Shown here piece by piece: positions 53,590 to 62,845 of a DNA stretch of 64,000 nt. The stretch is from Desulfomicrobium sp. (GTDB lineage Bacteria; Desulfobacterota; Desulfovibrionia; Desulfovibrionales; Desulfomicrobiaceae), in assembly GCA_040768745.1 (NCBI GenBank), contig JAXGMI010000001.1:1838032-1902031 (forward strand). The letters are read 5' to 3'. Positions within the stretch are counted from its first letter, which is position 1; every line of letters starts with the position of its first letter. A program made the translations under genes and the position numbers. The notes under the pieces were generated by a model, which did not search any database, was not told where the DNA came from, and saw only the letters and a program-made list of their open reading frames with translations.

Positions 53590-55396
53590 GCTCCTTCATC
53601 GTCCGGCATGGTCACGGAATACACGCGCATCCCTTGCCAAGATCCGGAAGCGGCACCCGGACAGTCAGGTTTTTCCCATCGTTTCGATGAAGCAACCCGG
53701 CCCGGTCCAAAGCCTGGCTGCCGTGGTCTGATTCAACCACCCAGCACCGCCTTGAACTGGTCGGAAGTGAAAAGGAACTGGGCTTCACCCGTTCAGGGTC
53801 CGGCGGAATCCGGCCCGATCCAAGATCCTTTCAGGCGTGCCGGGGTCGATATTTTGGAAGCGGCTTGACCTTCAAAGCGAGCAATGAAGGCGCGCACTGT
53901 ATCCACGGCCCGGCGGTCTTCCTTGATCGCCCGTGCTGCCCCGGCCTTCAAGCCATGACTCCAAGCACTGCCGAGCGGCGGCCAGGGCTTCACCTTCGGC
54001 CCACGGCACAAGCCCGAAGTCCACCGCAAGTTCCCCGGCAACCCCGGCCAATGCGAACCGATCAATAACGCGGCGGACCTGTCCGGAAGATCCCGGCGGC
54101 GTCCAAGCGGACACCACGGCGGCAAGATCCTGTGCAAGATTCAACTCCCCACGGCTGCGGGTCAGGACGTCGATATAGGCACCGCTCACGTGCTGCACTG
54201 CGGCACAAGCGGCCTTGATCGCGTCGGAGAACTGCCCCGGCGTGTCATGCCCGTGCAAGTCCTGCCATGCCCCCATGCCCGAGCCTGCGTCCGCTGAAAG
54301 GTCAATAATGCGGACTTGCCCGGCCCGGACCTGCTGCCCATCTTCGCGCAGCTTGTCCGAAAGGGTCATTTCCCATTGGACAGCACCCGCGCATCGCCAA
54401 GCCCGGAGCGCACGCGCTGACCCGTCAACATGCGCCCGGCTCTTCCCCTGGCCATTGCCCAACAAATAGGCGGCTTCCGACACCACCCGCTCCCGAAGCC
54501 TGCCCGATTTCATCCAGGCACAAACAGGCGTCATTGTGTAGGTCGCTGACGCTTCCAGGGCGTTGGCCGTGCTTCGCCATGTACGCACCCCGGAAGGGCA
54601 CCGCCGTGTACGGACCAAGCGGCCTGCATGATCGTGTCTTGCCTGTGGATGAATGGCCCCAAAAATGGAAGCCCCCGGAATCCATCCCGGCCAGATCCGG
54701 CAAAAAGCCGACAAGGCGGCGCTGATCCCCAAACATGAGCAAGCGTTTTTCTTCATGGCCCACGCGCCTATGGTCGCGTTCCAGTCTTCAAGGGTTCCGG
54801 CCCGTGAATGGGTTCGCGGCCAAGCGGTCGCTTGAAGCACAAGGCGTTCTTCGCCCTGGCCAATCACTGCGTCCGGCGGACATAGGCGGACCCATGCCAC
54901 CCCCGCCCGGTCAACGCACCGCGCCCGCGCCTGCACTGACACCGAAGCCAAAAGCTGCCCAAGCAGACCCTTTGCCTTTTGACCCGTCGCACCGCGCCAC
55001 CCACCGCTTGCCAAAGTTTCGCCCGCCAGCTCTGCCGGGTAATTTCGTTCAACATGGCGTAGGCAGCGCCCACCAATGCAACTTTCCGTCTGGATCATGC
55101 CAGCCAATCAAAAGCTCCCCACGCTTCGGAATCGCCGTTTCTGGTCATGGCCTGAAAGTAAATCGGCGCACCCAGCCAGGTTTTTTCTTCGGGCTTTTCC
55201 GGGTCTTCGATGTACCAAAGCCCTTCGGCGTTCATATGGTAGCCGTTGGGCAACTGGACCGACCCGACCCGACTTGACCCGACCGACCCGACTTGCTTGC
55301 GTCGGGTCGATAAAACCCGGGCGTCAACCGTGCCCTGGCCCGACCGACCCGACCGACCTCGACTTGTTTTCGTGCATATTGCAAGGTTTCAGACAT
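53590..55396 (-). pseudogene. DUF927-like replicative helicase, multiply frameshifted (approximate bounds)
   Basis: Fragments GTLEDWNATIG, GGFHFWGHSSTGKT (Walker A), WRSTANALE, AYLLGNGQGKSRA, RRVIDRFAL spread across frames. Confidence 0.75.
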
Positions 55397-56229
55397 AGCG
55401 CTCCCTTGCCGGGGTTCGGCAAGTCCGGCGCTGAATCCTGACTGGATAGTGCGCTGCGCTTCGTGGTCAGGCAGTCCACAAGCGGCGGCGGCCTGCCCAA
55501 GGCGGTCAGGGCTTCTTGATTCTACCAATTCCCCACCGGCCACCAACTGCCCACAAGCAAAGGCGGCTCCGTTCAGGCGGACATTGCGGCCCGTGTTCGG
55601 CCCCATGGCTGCCAATCCTCGACATTCCTTTTCAAGAGCGGCGGCCCCGCAGCAGGTCGATAACGTGGCGCTGGATCGTTGGGCATTGCCTGGGCTGTTC
55701 CGGCCCGGGGCTTCCCTGGCCAGGCGGTCAATCCATGATTGCGGAAGCGGGGCAGGCTGTAGGTGGTTCAGCCATACAAGGCCCGGCTTCGTTCACTGAA
55801 GGCGGGAAGGGATTAACATAGTCCCGGCGCTGCGTGCATATCGATACCAGGGCCAACCTTGCCCGCACTGCATGGAATATCAGCCCCGTCCGATACAGAA
55901 AAGCTGATCGCCACCGCTGCCCGTGCGCTGCCGTAGCGTTTCGGGTAGGCGGCCAAGATCCGCTTCCACCCCACAGGCGGCAATGCCGTCCACCCCGTTT
56001 TTCCGGTCCCGATCAATGACAAGCAAACCGCTTGCTGGTCCGGCTAGTCGGCATCCCGATCCCGGCCACCCCCTGCATGGAAAACAAGGCCCGGATTGCG
56101 TCCGGGTCGGTCGTGGCGTCCTTGAAGCCGTGGGCGGTCGTAATGGGCGCTTGTTGATACCAACCGGAAAGACAGGCTTGCCCTTCGCGCCAAATGGCCA
56201 GGGCTGCGCTTGAGCGCCTGGCCACTCAT
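55392..56229 (-). pseudogene. Bifunctional primase-polymerase (Prim-Pol), frameshifted
   Basis: GKPVFPV and HGFKDATTDPDAIR fragments; C-terminal EAQRTIQSGF.AG..EPR. Confidence 0.7.
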
Positions 56230-56390
56230 AACAACACCCCGGTCAGGATCGCGGCCAGCATCAGCAACTCGGTTTGACGGCCTGTCCATTTCGTGAAACA
56301 TTCGCCAAGAAACGCACCGTTTCACAAGCCCCCTTGCCTATGCCCCGCGGCTGCCCCCCGTGGGGCTTTTTCATTTCCATGGTTTGCCCC

Positions 56391-56634
56391 CTAGCCCCTG
56401 GATTTCCAGACGGTTCAAAAACCAATCGATGAAGGGTTCCCGAAGGTAGCCCGCCTTGGTCCTGCCCACCCTCACCTTGCCTTCCGGCCCTTCGCCCTTG
56501 TTGTCCAAATTGGCCAAGGTCCGCCCGTCAATCATGCCCCCGGTCAACTCCTGACCTGCTGCCGGACGAACACCGCCGGAAGGACGTCAAAAGCCGCGCT
56601 TTCAGTTCGGCCTTCTCAACTGTTCTTTGCTCAT
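56391..56634 (-). pseudogene. Excisionase/AlpA-like DNA-binding protein, frameshifted
   Basis: GRTLANLDNKGEGPEGKVRVGR..Y....IDW pattern; ATG-to-stop span is not a multiple of 3. Confidence 0.5.
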
Positions 56635-56697
56635 AAAGCCCCCTTCACGCTCATGCGTGAAATGATGTGAATGTATAGGGCTGTTATCGTTGATTTA

Positions 56698-57586
56698 TTA
56701 GACATTCTGTAGGTCGGATTTTCGAATAACCGGTAGGATTTCTGGTAGGATTTTCAGATTTTTCGAAGGGCAAACAAAACCGGGTTTCCCGGCTTGATGA
56801 ATCAATCTTTTTTGATGCTTTTTCCTTTTCGGTCTAGGCTTCCCCAAAAGACCGTAGTGGACTCGTTCGGTATAGCTGCTGTTCGGTCGGTCCTTTTCGC
56901 CTGATCGTTTCGCCCCGGCGGCTGCCCCGTGGCTATGCAAAGGGCGGCGTAATTCTGTGATTCGGCCCCATGGCCCTTTGGCGTTCCGAATCATATAGGC
57001 CCTGGCCGCTTCGTCACTAAACTCCGCGCTGTATCAACTGCTCGTTGTATTTCTCCGGCTCGTTGGGCAACGATTCCGGCGGATCAAGCTGCGGAATCCC
57101 TTTTCTGTTGATCGTGGCTCAAGCTGGTCGTGGGGCGGGCGGCGGTTAATGGAGATATCGTCCAGCGCAGGTGAAATGGCGTAGCCTTTTGTCTTGGCCC
57201 ATCCGTCAGCACCGATGGTGCCACCAAGGTTTTCGCTTCGTCCCACGGCCCGATAATCTGTAACTTTCCAGCCAAGTAACTCCCCCGTAACTCTAGAAAT
57301 ATCTTGTCGAGCTTGCAGGTGAGAAGAACGCACTCGTTGAAAATATGCCAGTCGCCTTCAGACAAATGGCCATGATCCTTTCTAAACCAATAAAGCCCAG
57401 TTATGCCGAGCACAACGTCTGGCTCAACCCCAATGATAATACACGTTGCCTGCTGCATCGTCCACGTCGAGCTTCACCCATCTTTCAAAATTGCATGGTG
57501 TTTCAAGTTTGTGATGGTTTCTAAAACTCGTTCGTTCTCCCACGCGTTCATTGAGTGCTGCGCCTGTAGTCGTATAAAAATTTCAT
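56698..57586 (-). pseudogene. Fragmented hypothetical island gene (approximate bounds)
   Basis: Overlapping partial ORFs (57084-57458, 57034-57333, 56698-56994) that appear to continue across frameshifts. Confidence 0.35.
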
Positions 57587-57713
57587 ATCACTGCCCCTTT
57601 GCCCCGCGTATAAAGTTCCAGGGTCAGGCGCTGCCAGCAGTAGTGCGCTTTTCGGCATGGGTTAATTACTCCCAGCCTAGACCCTGGAAAATGTGACAAG
57701 CCGTGACAAAATG

Positions 57714-58928
57714 TTACTTTTTGCCACCCCCGTGGATCTCAATCACCTTGGCGGGTTCGGTCTGCATCATCCCTTCCAAGGCGCTCATTGCCCGGCGGCG
57801 TCCGGCGTCCCCGGAATGCTGATAACGTAGCGCCATGGCGGGCGTCTTCCACCCGGCAAGGTCCATCATATCTCGAAGCGGAACCCCGGACTGTCCGAGA
57901 CGGGTAGCGCCACTGTGCCGCAAGGAATGAAAAACAATTTTGTCCAGCTTGCCCCGGCCTTTATTCAATCCAAGATCATCCACTACGTCGCGGAAGGACT
58001 TTGGCGCTTGCGCATAGGGCTTGCCCTGGCTGGACATAAAAACCCGACCCTGACCCGGCCCCATGCCGCGCAAAAGATCCACCAATGTATCGGAAAGCGG
58101 GATCTCCCGGCTTGTGCCGTTCTTCGTATTCCGGAACAGGGCCTTGCCCATGCCAAGGTCAACGTCCTTCCATTCCAAGTTCGCGGCTTCGGAGAACCGG
58201 CAACATGACAGGGCACAAAACAAGGTCAACCTGTAGGCGTGCTGGTCACGTTTGGCCAGGGCTTCAAGGATCGCTTGCAACTCCTGATTCGAGACAATGC
58301 GGCTTCGGCGGTTACTGTCCGGTTTCAGGGTCGCGCCAATCAGTTTGGCCCGTGGCGGCATATCCGACACCATGCGGCGGGCAAAGGCGTGTTCCAAGAC
58401 AAGGCGAAGGGTCAGGCAGGCATATTGACGGGTCCGTGTTGCAAGCCCCCCGTCCGTCATGGCGGAAAGCAGAAAGTCCCACTGTGTAATCCCTATTTCC
58501 TGAATCTTGATATGTCCCAAAAGCGGGTCAATCCAGTTCTCAAACAAGGACACTTCCCGGCCCCATGATTCCGGTTTTTTCCGCTGCTTGGCCGTGGGCA
58601 GGTAGTCGTTGAAAAAATAGTCGTGCAAGGTCACGGCCTGTGCTGCGTCAAGCTGCTTTTGGCGCTCGGCTTCGGCCTTGGCCTGGGTCCGTTTTTCTTC
58701 CAGGGTAGCAGGGCCTTGCCCAACCCGGTGGGCGTCCTTCAACCTGCCACGCTCGGCAATGGCCCGTTCAAGGTTCCACCCTTCGGAAGCCCAGCCAAGG
58801 GCTTCTTCATGCTGCGCCCCGTTCAGGCGGTAGCGGATAAAGTATTGCCTATCGGGTCCGACACCATGTTTTCTGGTTTCGTGCTCCCTGACTCGGACAC
58901 CCCTTGCAACCGTCTTTGACCCTGCCAT
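57714..58928 (-). CDS. Tyrosine recombinase/integrase (intact)
   Basis: Catalytic R (CRFSE), K (TKNG), HSLRH, AGW, RY; N-terminal arm-binding-like domain. Confidence 0.92.
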   Translation of the reverse strand: MAGSKTVARGVRVREHETRKHGVGPDRQYFIRYRLNGAQHEEALGWASEGWNLERAIAERGRLKDAHRVGQGPATLEEKRTQAKAEAERQKQLDAAQAVTLHDYFFNDYLPTAKQRKKPESWGREVSLFENWIDPLLGHIKIQEIGITQWDFLLSAMTDGGLATRTRQYACLTLRLVLEHAFARRMVSDMPPRAKLIGATLKPDSNRRSRIVSNQELQAILEALAKRDQHAYRLTLFCALSCCRFSEAANLEWKDVDLGMGKALFRNTKNGTSREIPLSDTLVDLLRGMGPGQGRVFMSSQGKPYAQAPKSFRDVVDDLGLNKGRGKLDKIVFHSLRHSGATRLGQSGVPLRDMMDLAGWKTPAMALRYQHSGDAGRRRAMSALEGMMQTEPAKVIEIHGGGKK

Positions 58929-58932
58929 TTTC

Positions 58933-58973
58933 TGCCCCACTCCTGCCCCACTTTTTAGCGTTAAAGTGGGGCA
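58933..58973 (+). repeat. Integrase arm-type sites (right copy plus inverted unit)
   Basis: 26-bp copy at 58933-58958 and inverted AAAGTGGGGCA at 58963-58973, directly upstream of the int ATG. Confidence 0.75.
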
Positions 58974-59069
58974 AATTATGTGAAAGTATGTGAAGGCAAG
59001 ATAGGCATAACTTACTGATAGGTCAATGCTTTTGTGACTTTTAGTGAAAGGGCGTGAAGGCATCGAACC

Positions 59070-59127
59070 GGATTTAAAATCCCTTGTCCTTCGGGGCGTG
59101 CGGGTTCAAGTCCCGCCCTGGGCACCA
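59070..59127 (+). repeat. att site: displaced 3' half of tRNA-Leu
   Basis: GGATTTAAAATCCCTTG...CGTGCGGGTTCAAGTCCCGCCCTGGGCACCA, differing from the tRNA only in the variable arm. Confidence 0.92.
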
Positions 59128-59387
59128 TTAAAATCAAGGACTTACTGCACAAATTGCGGCAAGTCCTTTTTCATTTGAAAATCAGAAAAGGCTTTTTGTC
59201 CCCCATTTGTCCCCCAAAAAAATCGACGAACTCGTCTTGGAACTCTTTGCCTTGCTCGGCGGCACACACGTCGGTTTAAATGTCAAACAGCATCGAATAA
59301 TGACCCACGATCGGCGTCCAATTCTGACCCCCTCCGGGCGTGTCTGTAAGCATCCGGCCAGAGTGCTGTGCGATGACCGCAGCAGCG

Positions 59388-60125
59388 TCACTGGACGGAT
59401 GTCCTTTGCCTCAGCCTCCAGCTCTCGTTTCCTGTCTCGATGATCTCGCAGTGATGGGTGACGCGGTCCAGCAGCGCCGTCGTCATCTTGGCGTCCCCGA
59501 AGACCTGTGACCATTCGCCAAAGCTCAGGTTGGTGGTGATCATCACCGACGTCTGCTCGTAAAGCTTTGACAGCAGATGGAAGAGCAGTTGCCCGCTGGA
59601 CCTGGAGAACGGCAGGTAGCCAAGCTCGTCCAGGATGATCAGATCGAAGCGTGCAAGGGTGTCGGCTAGGCGCCCGGCCTTGCCCTCAGCCTTCTCCCGC
59701 TCAAGCTTGTTGACCAGGTCCAGTAGGTTGAAGAAGCGGACCCGTGCCCCGTTGCGGATGCACTGGGTGCCGATGGCGACGCTCAGGTGCGTCTTGCCGG
59801 TCCCCGTGCCGCCGACGAAGACGACGTTTGTCCGCGCCTCCATGAAGCCGCCCTGACACAGCGTTTTGATCCTGTCCTCGCTCACCGATGAGGACGGGAA
59901 GTCGAAGCCCTCCAGATCCTTCATCACGGGAAACTTGGCGATTCCCAGTCTGTACCGGATGCTGCGCATGTGGCGCTCGGCCTTCTCCGCCCGGAGTAGC
60001 GCGAATAGGATCTTCTCCGGTGTCGAGCCGGTTCTGCGACCTTGCTCAAGCAATTCGTCATAGGCGCTGTGAGCCCCGTTCAGCCCCAGTTCCTTGAGCA
60101 TGCCCAACACGTCATTGCGCAGCAT
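59388..60125 (-). CDS. istB: IS21 helper ATPase
   Basis: [29 protein letters not shown]. Confidence 0.95.
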   Translation of the reverse strand: MLRNDVLGMLKELGLNGAHSAYDELLEQGRRTGSTPEKILFALLRAEKAERHMRSIRYRLGIAKFPVMKDLEGFDFPSSSVSEDRIKTLCQGGFMEARTNVVFVGGTGTGKTHLSVAIGTQCIRNGARVRFFNLLDLVNKLEREKAEGKAGRLADTLARFDLIILDELGYLPFSRSSGQLLFHLLSKLYEQTSVMITTNLSFGEWSQVFGDAKMTTALLDRVTHHCEIIETGNESWRLRQRTSVQ

Positions 60126-61623
60126 GTGCACCCCGCAGGAGACGGTCGTAGCGACCGCAGTCGGCAACAGGCATGCATCCGAGTTCCAGGCGCGAGGGGA
60201 TGCTGACCACCGGTGCGGGCTCGTCATCCTGCTGACGGTTGAGGATACTCAGAACAGCATCCTTGCTCACGGTGCGCTGGTTCAGCGCCATCCGGCAGGC
60301 CTCTGCGACGACCTCGAGGCCATGACTGGGGACGGCTGTAAGAATCCCGGCGAACTGACGATCCCAGTCGTCGTAACGTCGCAAGACCTCTCGAACCCGC
60401 TCGATGGCCTCGGGCAGTGCCCACGCCGTAAACGGGGCACCGTTGCGCAGCGCCCCTGGCTTGCGGTCAAGCAGAGGAACGTAGTGCCAGGGATCGTAGA
60501 CGGTCTTGTCGCGGCCGAACTCCCGCTTGTGCTCGGCAATCAGCTTGCCGCCGTCCACGACCTTGAGCCTTCCCGCGTAAGCCTTGACCTGTACGACCTT
60601 GCCGGCCGCCTCGCACGGCACGCTGTAGCGGTTGCGGTCGAAGTGCACCAGACAGGTCGAAGAAACTCGGCAATGCTCCAGGCGGTAGCCATCGAACTCC
60701 TTGGGTGCCCGGATCAATATCTCACGCTCTGCTTCAAAGACTTCCCAGATCGTCTTGTCACGCAGTTCCGGATGCTGTTGGCTCTTGGCCCAGCCCACGG
60801 CTCGCTCAAGCAGGTATTCGTTGAGTTCTTCAATGCTGGCGAACTTCGTGCGACCCGCCAGAAAGCGTTTGCGCATGAGCCCGACCGAGTTCTCTACCTG
60901 CCCCTTTTCCCAGCCGGCCGCAGGCGTGCACATGATCGGCTCGACGAGGTAATGGGCGCACAACTCTTCAAAACGCGGGTTGAGTTCCCGGAGCTTGCCG
61001 CGCAGCACTTTCGACACGGCTGTGGTCATGTTGTCATAGATTCCGCGACAGCATGCGCCACCAATGAAGTCGAAGGCGCGATTGTGGGCCTCGAAGACCA
61101 TCTCCATGGTCTCGCGGGGAAAGCCCTGGCAGAAGAGAATGCGGCTATGGCACAGGCGCATGTGCGACACCTTGACGGCCATGGGCAGCCCGCCGATCTC
61201 CAGTTGCTCATGGCTCCAGTCAAACTGGTAGGCCTTGCCTGGCGCAAATTCCAGAGGCACGTAGGCATCCGGTGCCTTGAGCCCCGCCTCCTCCCGCCAA
61301 CGCCGTATGAACCGTCTCACGGCGTCGTAGCCACCCTCGTAGCCCTGTCCCTGAAGCTGCTCGAACAGGACCTTCGCCGTACGCCGGTACTTCTTGGGCT
61401 GCTTGGCGTCGTGCTCCAATTGCTCAACGACCCAGTCCGTGAAACCGTCCATCTTCGGCATGGGCTGGACCGTGCGATGGTATTCAAACCTGGTCGCGTC
61501 GGACCTGAGGACCTTGCGGACCGTGTTCCGGCTCAGATGGAAGTCTTTGACTATCTGCCCAATCGTCTTGCCGTCTCGGCCATGGGCCAGCTTGATCTTG
61601 CGTATCGTTTCCACCGTCAGCAT
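60112..61623 (-). CDS. istA: IS21 DDE transposase
   Basis: SRNTVRK HTH, QFDW, YDN, EKGQVE, YSVP. Confidence 0.95.
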   Translation of the reverse strand: MLTVETIRKIKLAHGRDGKTIGQIVKDFHLSRNTVRKVLRSDATRFEYHRTVQPMPKMDGFTDWVVEQLEHDAKQPKKYRRTAKVLFEQLQGQGYEGGYDAVRRFIRRWREEAGLKAPDAYVPLEFAPGKAYQFDWSHEQLEIGGLPMAVKVSHMRLCHSRILFCQGFPRETMEMVFEAHNRAFDFIGGACCRGIYDNMTTAVSKVLRGKLRELNPRFEELCAHYLVEPIMCTPAAGWEKGQVENSVGLMRKRFLAGRTKFASIEELNEYLLERAVGWAKSQQHPELRDKTIWEVFEAEREILIRAPKEFDGYRLEHCRVSSTCLVHFDRNRYSVPCEAAGKVVQVKAYAGRLKVVDGGKLIAEHKREFGRDKTVYDPWHYVPLLDRKPGALRNGAPFTAWALPEAIERVREVLRRYDDWDRQFAGILTAVPSHGLEVVAEACRMALNQRTVSKDAVLSILNRQQDDEPAPVVSIPSRLELGCMPVADCGRYDRLLRGAHAAQ

Positions 61624-61740
61624 CTCCTCGTCTTCCCTCCATGGCGTTCAGTCGAACGACCTTGAAGGGCTTGCCGGAGACGGTCAATTTTCGATGCCGA
61701 TTACTGCGAGAGGTGGGTCATTATTCCATGCCGATTCACA

Positions 61741-62102
61741 CTGGGATTATGCCCCGGCGGTGAAAGCAAAGGTACAGTGGGCATCTAAATCGGATATAGC
61801 GTAACGTATTGGTGGTAAAAGCACCCGACAGCGGGCGGCCAGAAATGGCACGTGCTGTTTTCGACGAATCGGTGATGGAATCTGAGGCGCATGCTTCAGA
61901 ACACAGAGGCGTGGTAGTAATCCCCCGAAAGGGCAACGGATGCGTCCGAACTCATGTCAATAGCATGGGGCACTTGAAGCAGTTGGCAACTGTTGAAAGG
62001 TAAGCGAAGGACATCTGAGCGCATGAAAAGTGCGCTGGACGAAGCACGTTAGGTCCGCGTGGCAAGCGGCAATATATGACAAATTCATCCATGGCGATGA
62101 CC
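61741..62102 (+). ncRNA. Candidate large structured ncRNA (3' portion; 5' side abuts IS21)
   Basis: About ten consecutive hairpins with G-U pairs and two GAAA tetraloops, no credible ORF, ends at a strong terminator. Confidence 0.5.
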
Positions 62103-62136
62103 AATAAAAAAGGCTGCAATTGCAGCCTTTTTTATT
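62103..62136. terminator. Bidirectional intrinsic terminator
   Basis: Perfect palindrome AATAAAAAAGGCTGCAATTGCAGCCTTTTTTATT. Confidence 0.85.
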
Positions 62137-62153
62137 TCAACATCCTAGAAATA

Positions 62154-62426
62154 TTAGGATAGTGGCAGTCGGTACTGCTTCGCTTCTGGAACTGATGAGT
62201 CTTTTTGGGACTCCTTGTTAAGTTTCTCTCGCCTTTTTTTCTCAGCGTCGATCTCAGTCAAAGCTTGCCTGCATGATTTCAAAATCAGCCGTGCAACTTC
62301 TTCATTCAGCCCAAATTTCCAGCCCAATCGCTCAGATTCTGCCCTAACTTTTTCAAATTCCTGCGCGACGTGGCCAGGAACCCTGAATCGTACCGTTTCA
62401 TTTGGTTCAATTTTTATTAAGAACAT
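62154..62426 (-). CDS. Small putative DNA-binding/repressor protein (RHH-like)
   Basis: SD GGAGG; ETVRFRVP beta-strand then helices; divergent from xis-int. Confidence 0.6.
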   Translation of the reverse strand: MFLIKIEPNETVRFRVPGHVAQEFEKVRAESERLGWKFGLNEEVARLILKSCRQALTEIDAEKKRREKLNKESQKDSSVPEAKQYRLPLS

Positions 62427-62550
62427 AATGTTACCTCCATATATATAATGTAATGGAGGGGAATTTTTTTTTTTACCTCCTGATCTTTTTTTTCATCAAA
62501 GTTGAAAAAAAAAATCTTTTCCTCCGGAGGAAGGCAGGAGGTAAAAATGA

Positions 62551-62802
62551 ATGTGTACTGGATCTTCGAAAAAATACTGTTCGACAGAAGAAGCAATGAA
62601 GCGGCTCGAATGCTCTAAAAGTTTTTTATACAATAAAAAAAATCAAGCTATGCTTGGAGCGACAAAGTTGGGACGCATTGTCAAGTGGGATATCGAATGT
62701 ATCGATAGTTATCTAAAACAAAATAAGGTCGTCTTTGTATCACCAGAAAAGCAGAGTAAAAAATCTAATAAAAAGATTGCAAGCAAGCATGATTTATGGT
62801 AG
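62551..62802 (+). CDS. Excisionase-like HTH protein
   Basis: STEEAMKRLECSKSFLY...ATKLGRIVKW...IDSYL; directly upstream of integrase. Confidence 0.75.
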   Translation: MCTGSSKKYCSTEEAMKRLECSKSFLYNKKNQAMLGATKLGRIVKWDIECIDSYLKQNKVVFVSPEKQSKKSNKKIASKHDLW

Positions 62803-62845
62803 ATAATAGTAATAGGCGACCTCCGTATGCATGGAGGAATTAACA

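Larger units (their letters stand above)
52622..59127. mobile_element. ~6.5-kb integrative satellite-like element at tRNA-Leu (int, xis-like, Prim-Pol, DUF927-like helicase), largely decayed
   Basis: Bounded by the duplicated tRNA 3' half (52622-52680 and 59070-59127); integrase next to the distal att. Confidence 0.85.
59281..61740 (-). mobile_element. IS21-family insertion sequence (2460 bp)
   Basis: Ends TGTCAAACAGCATCGAATAATGACCCAC / TGTGAATCGGCATGGAATAATGACCCAC with inner repeats; carries istA and istB. Confidence 0.95.

Noticed and set aside
61809..62003. 64-aa ORF within the structured region
   Set aside because: TTG start, no SD and no motif; hairpin pattern better explained as RNA
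61741..62102. Group II intron, retron or tmRNA identity for the structured segment
   Set aside because: No domain V, no reverse transcriptase in the window, no tRNA-like ends
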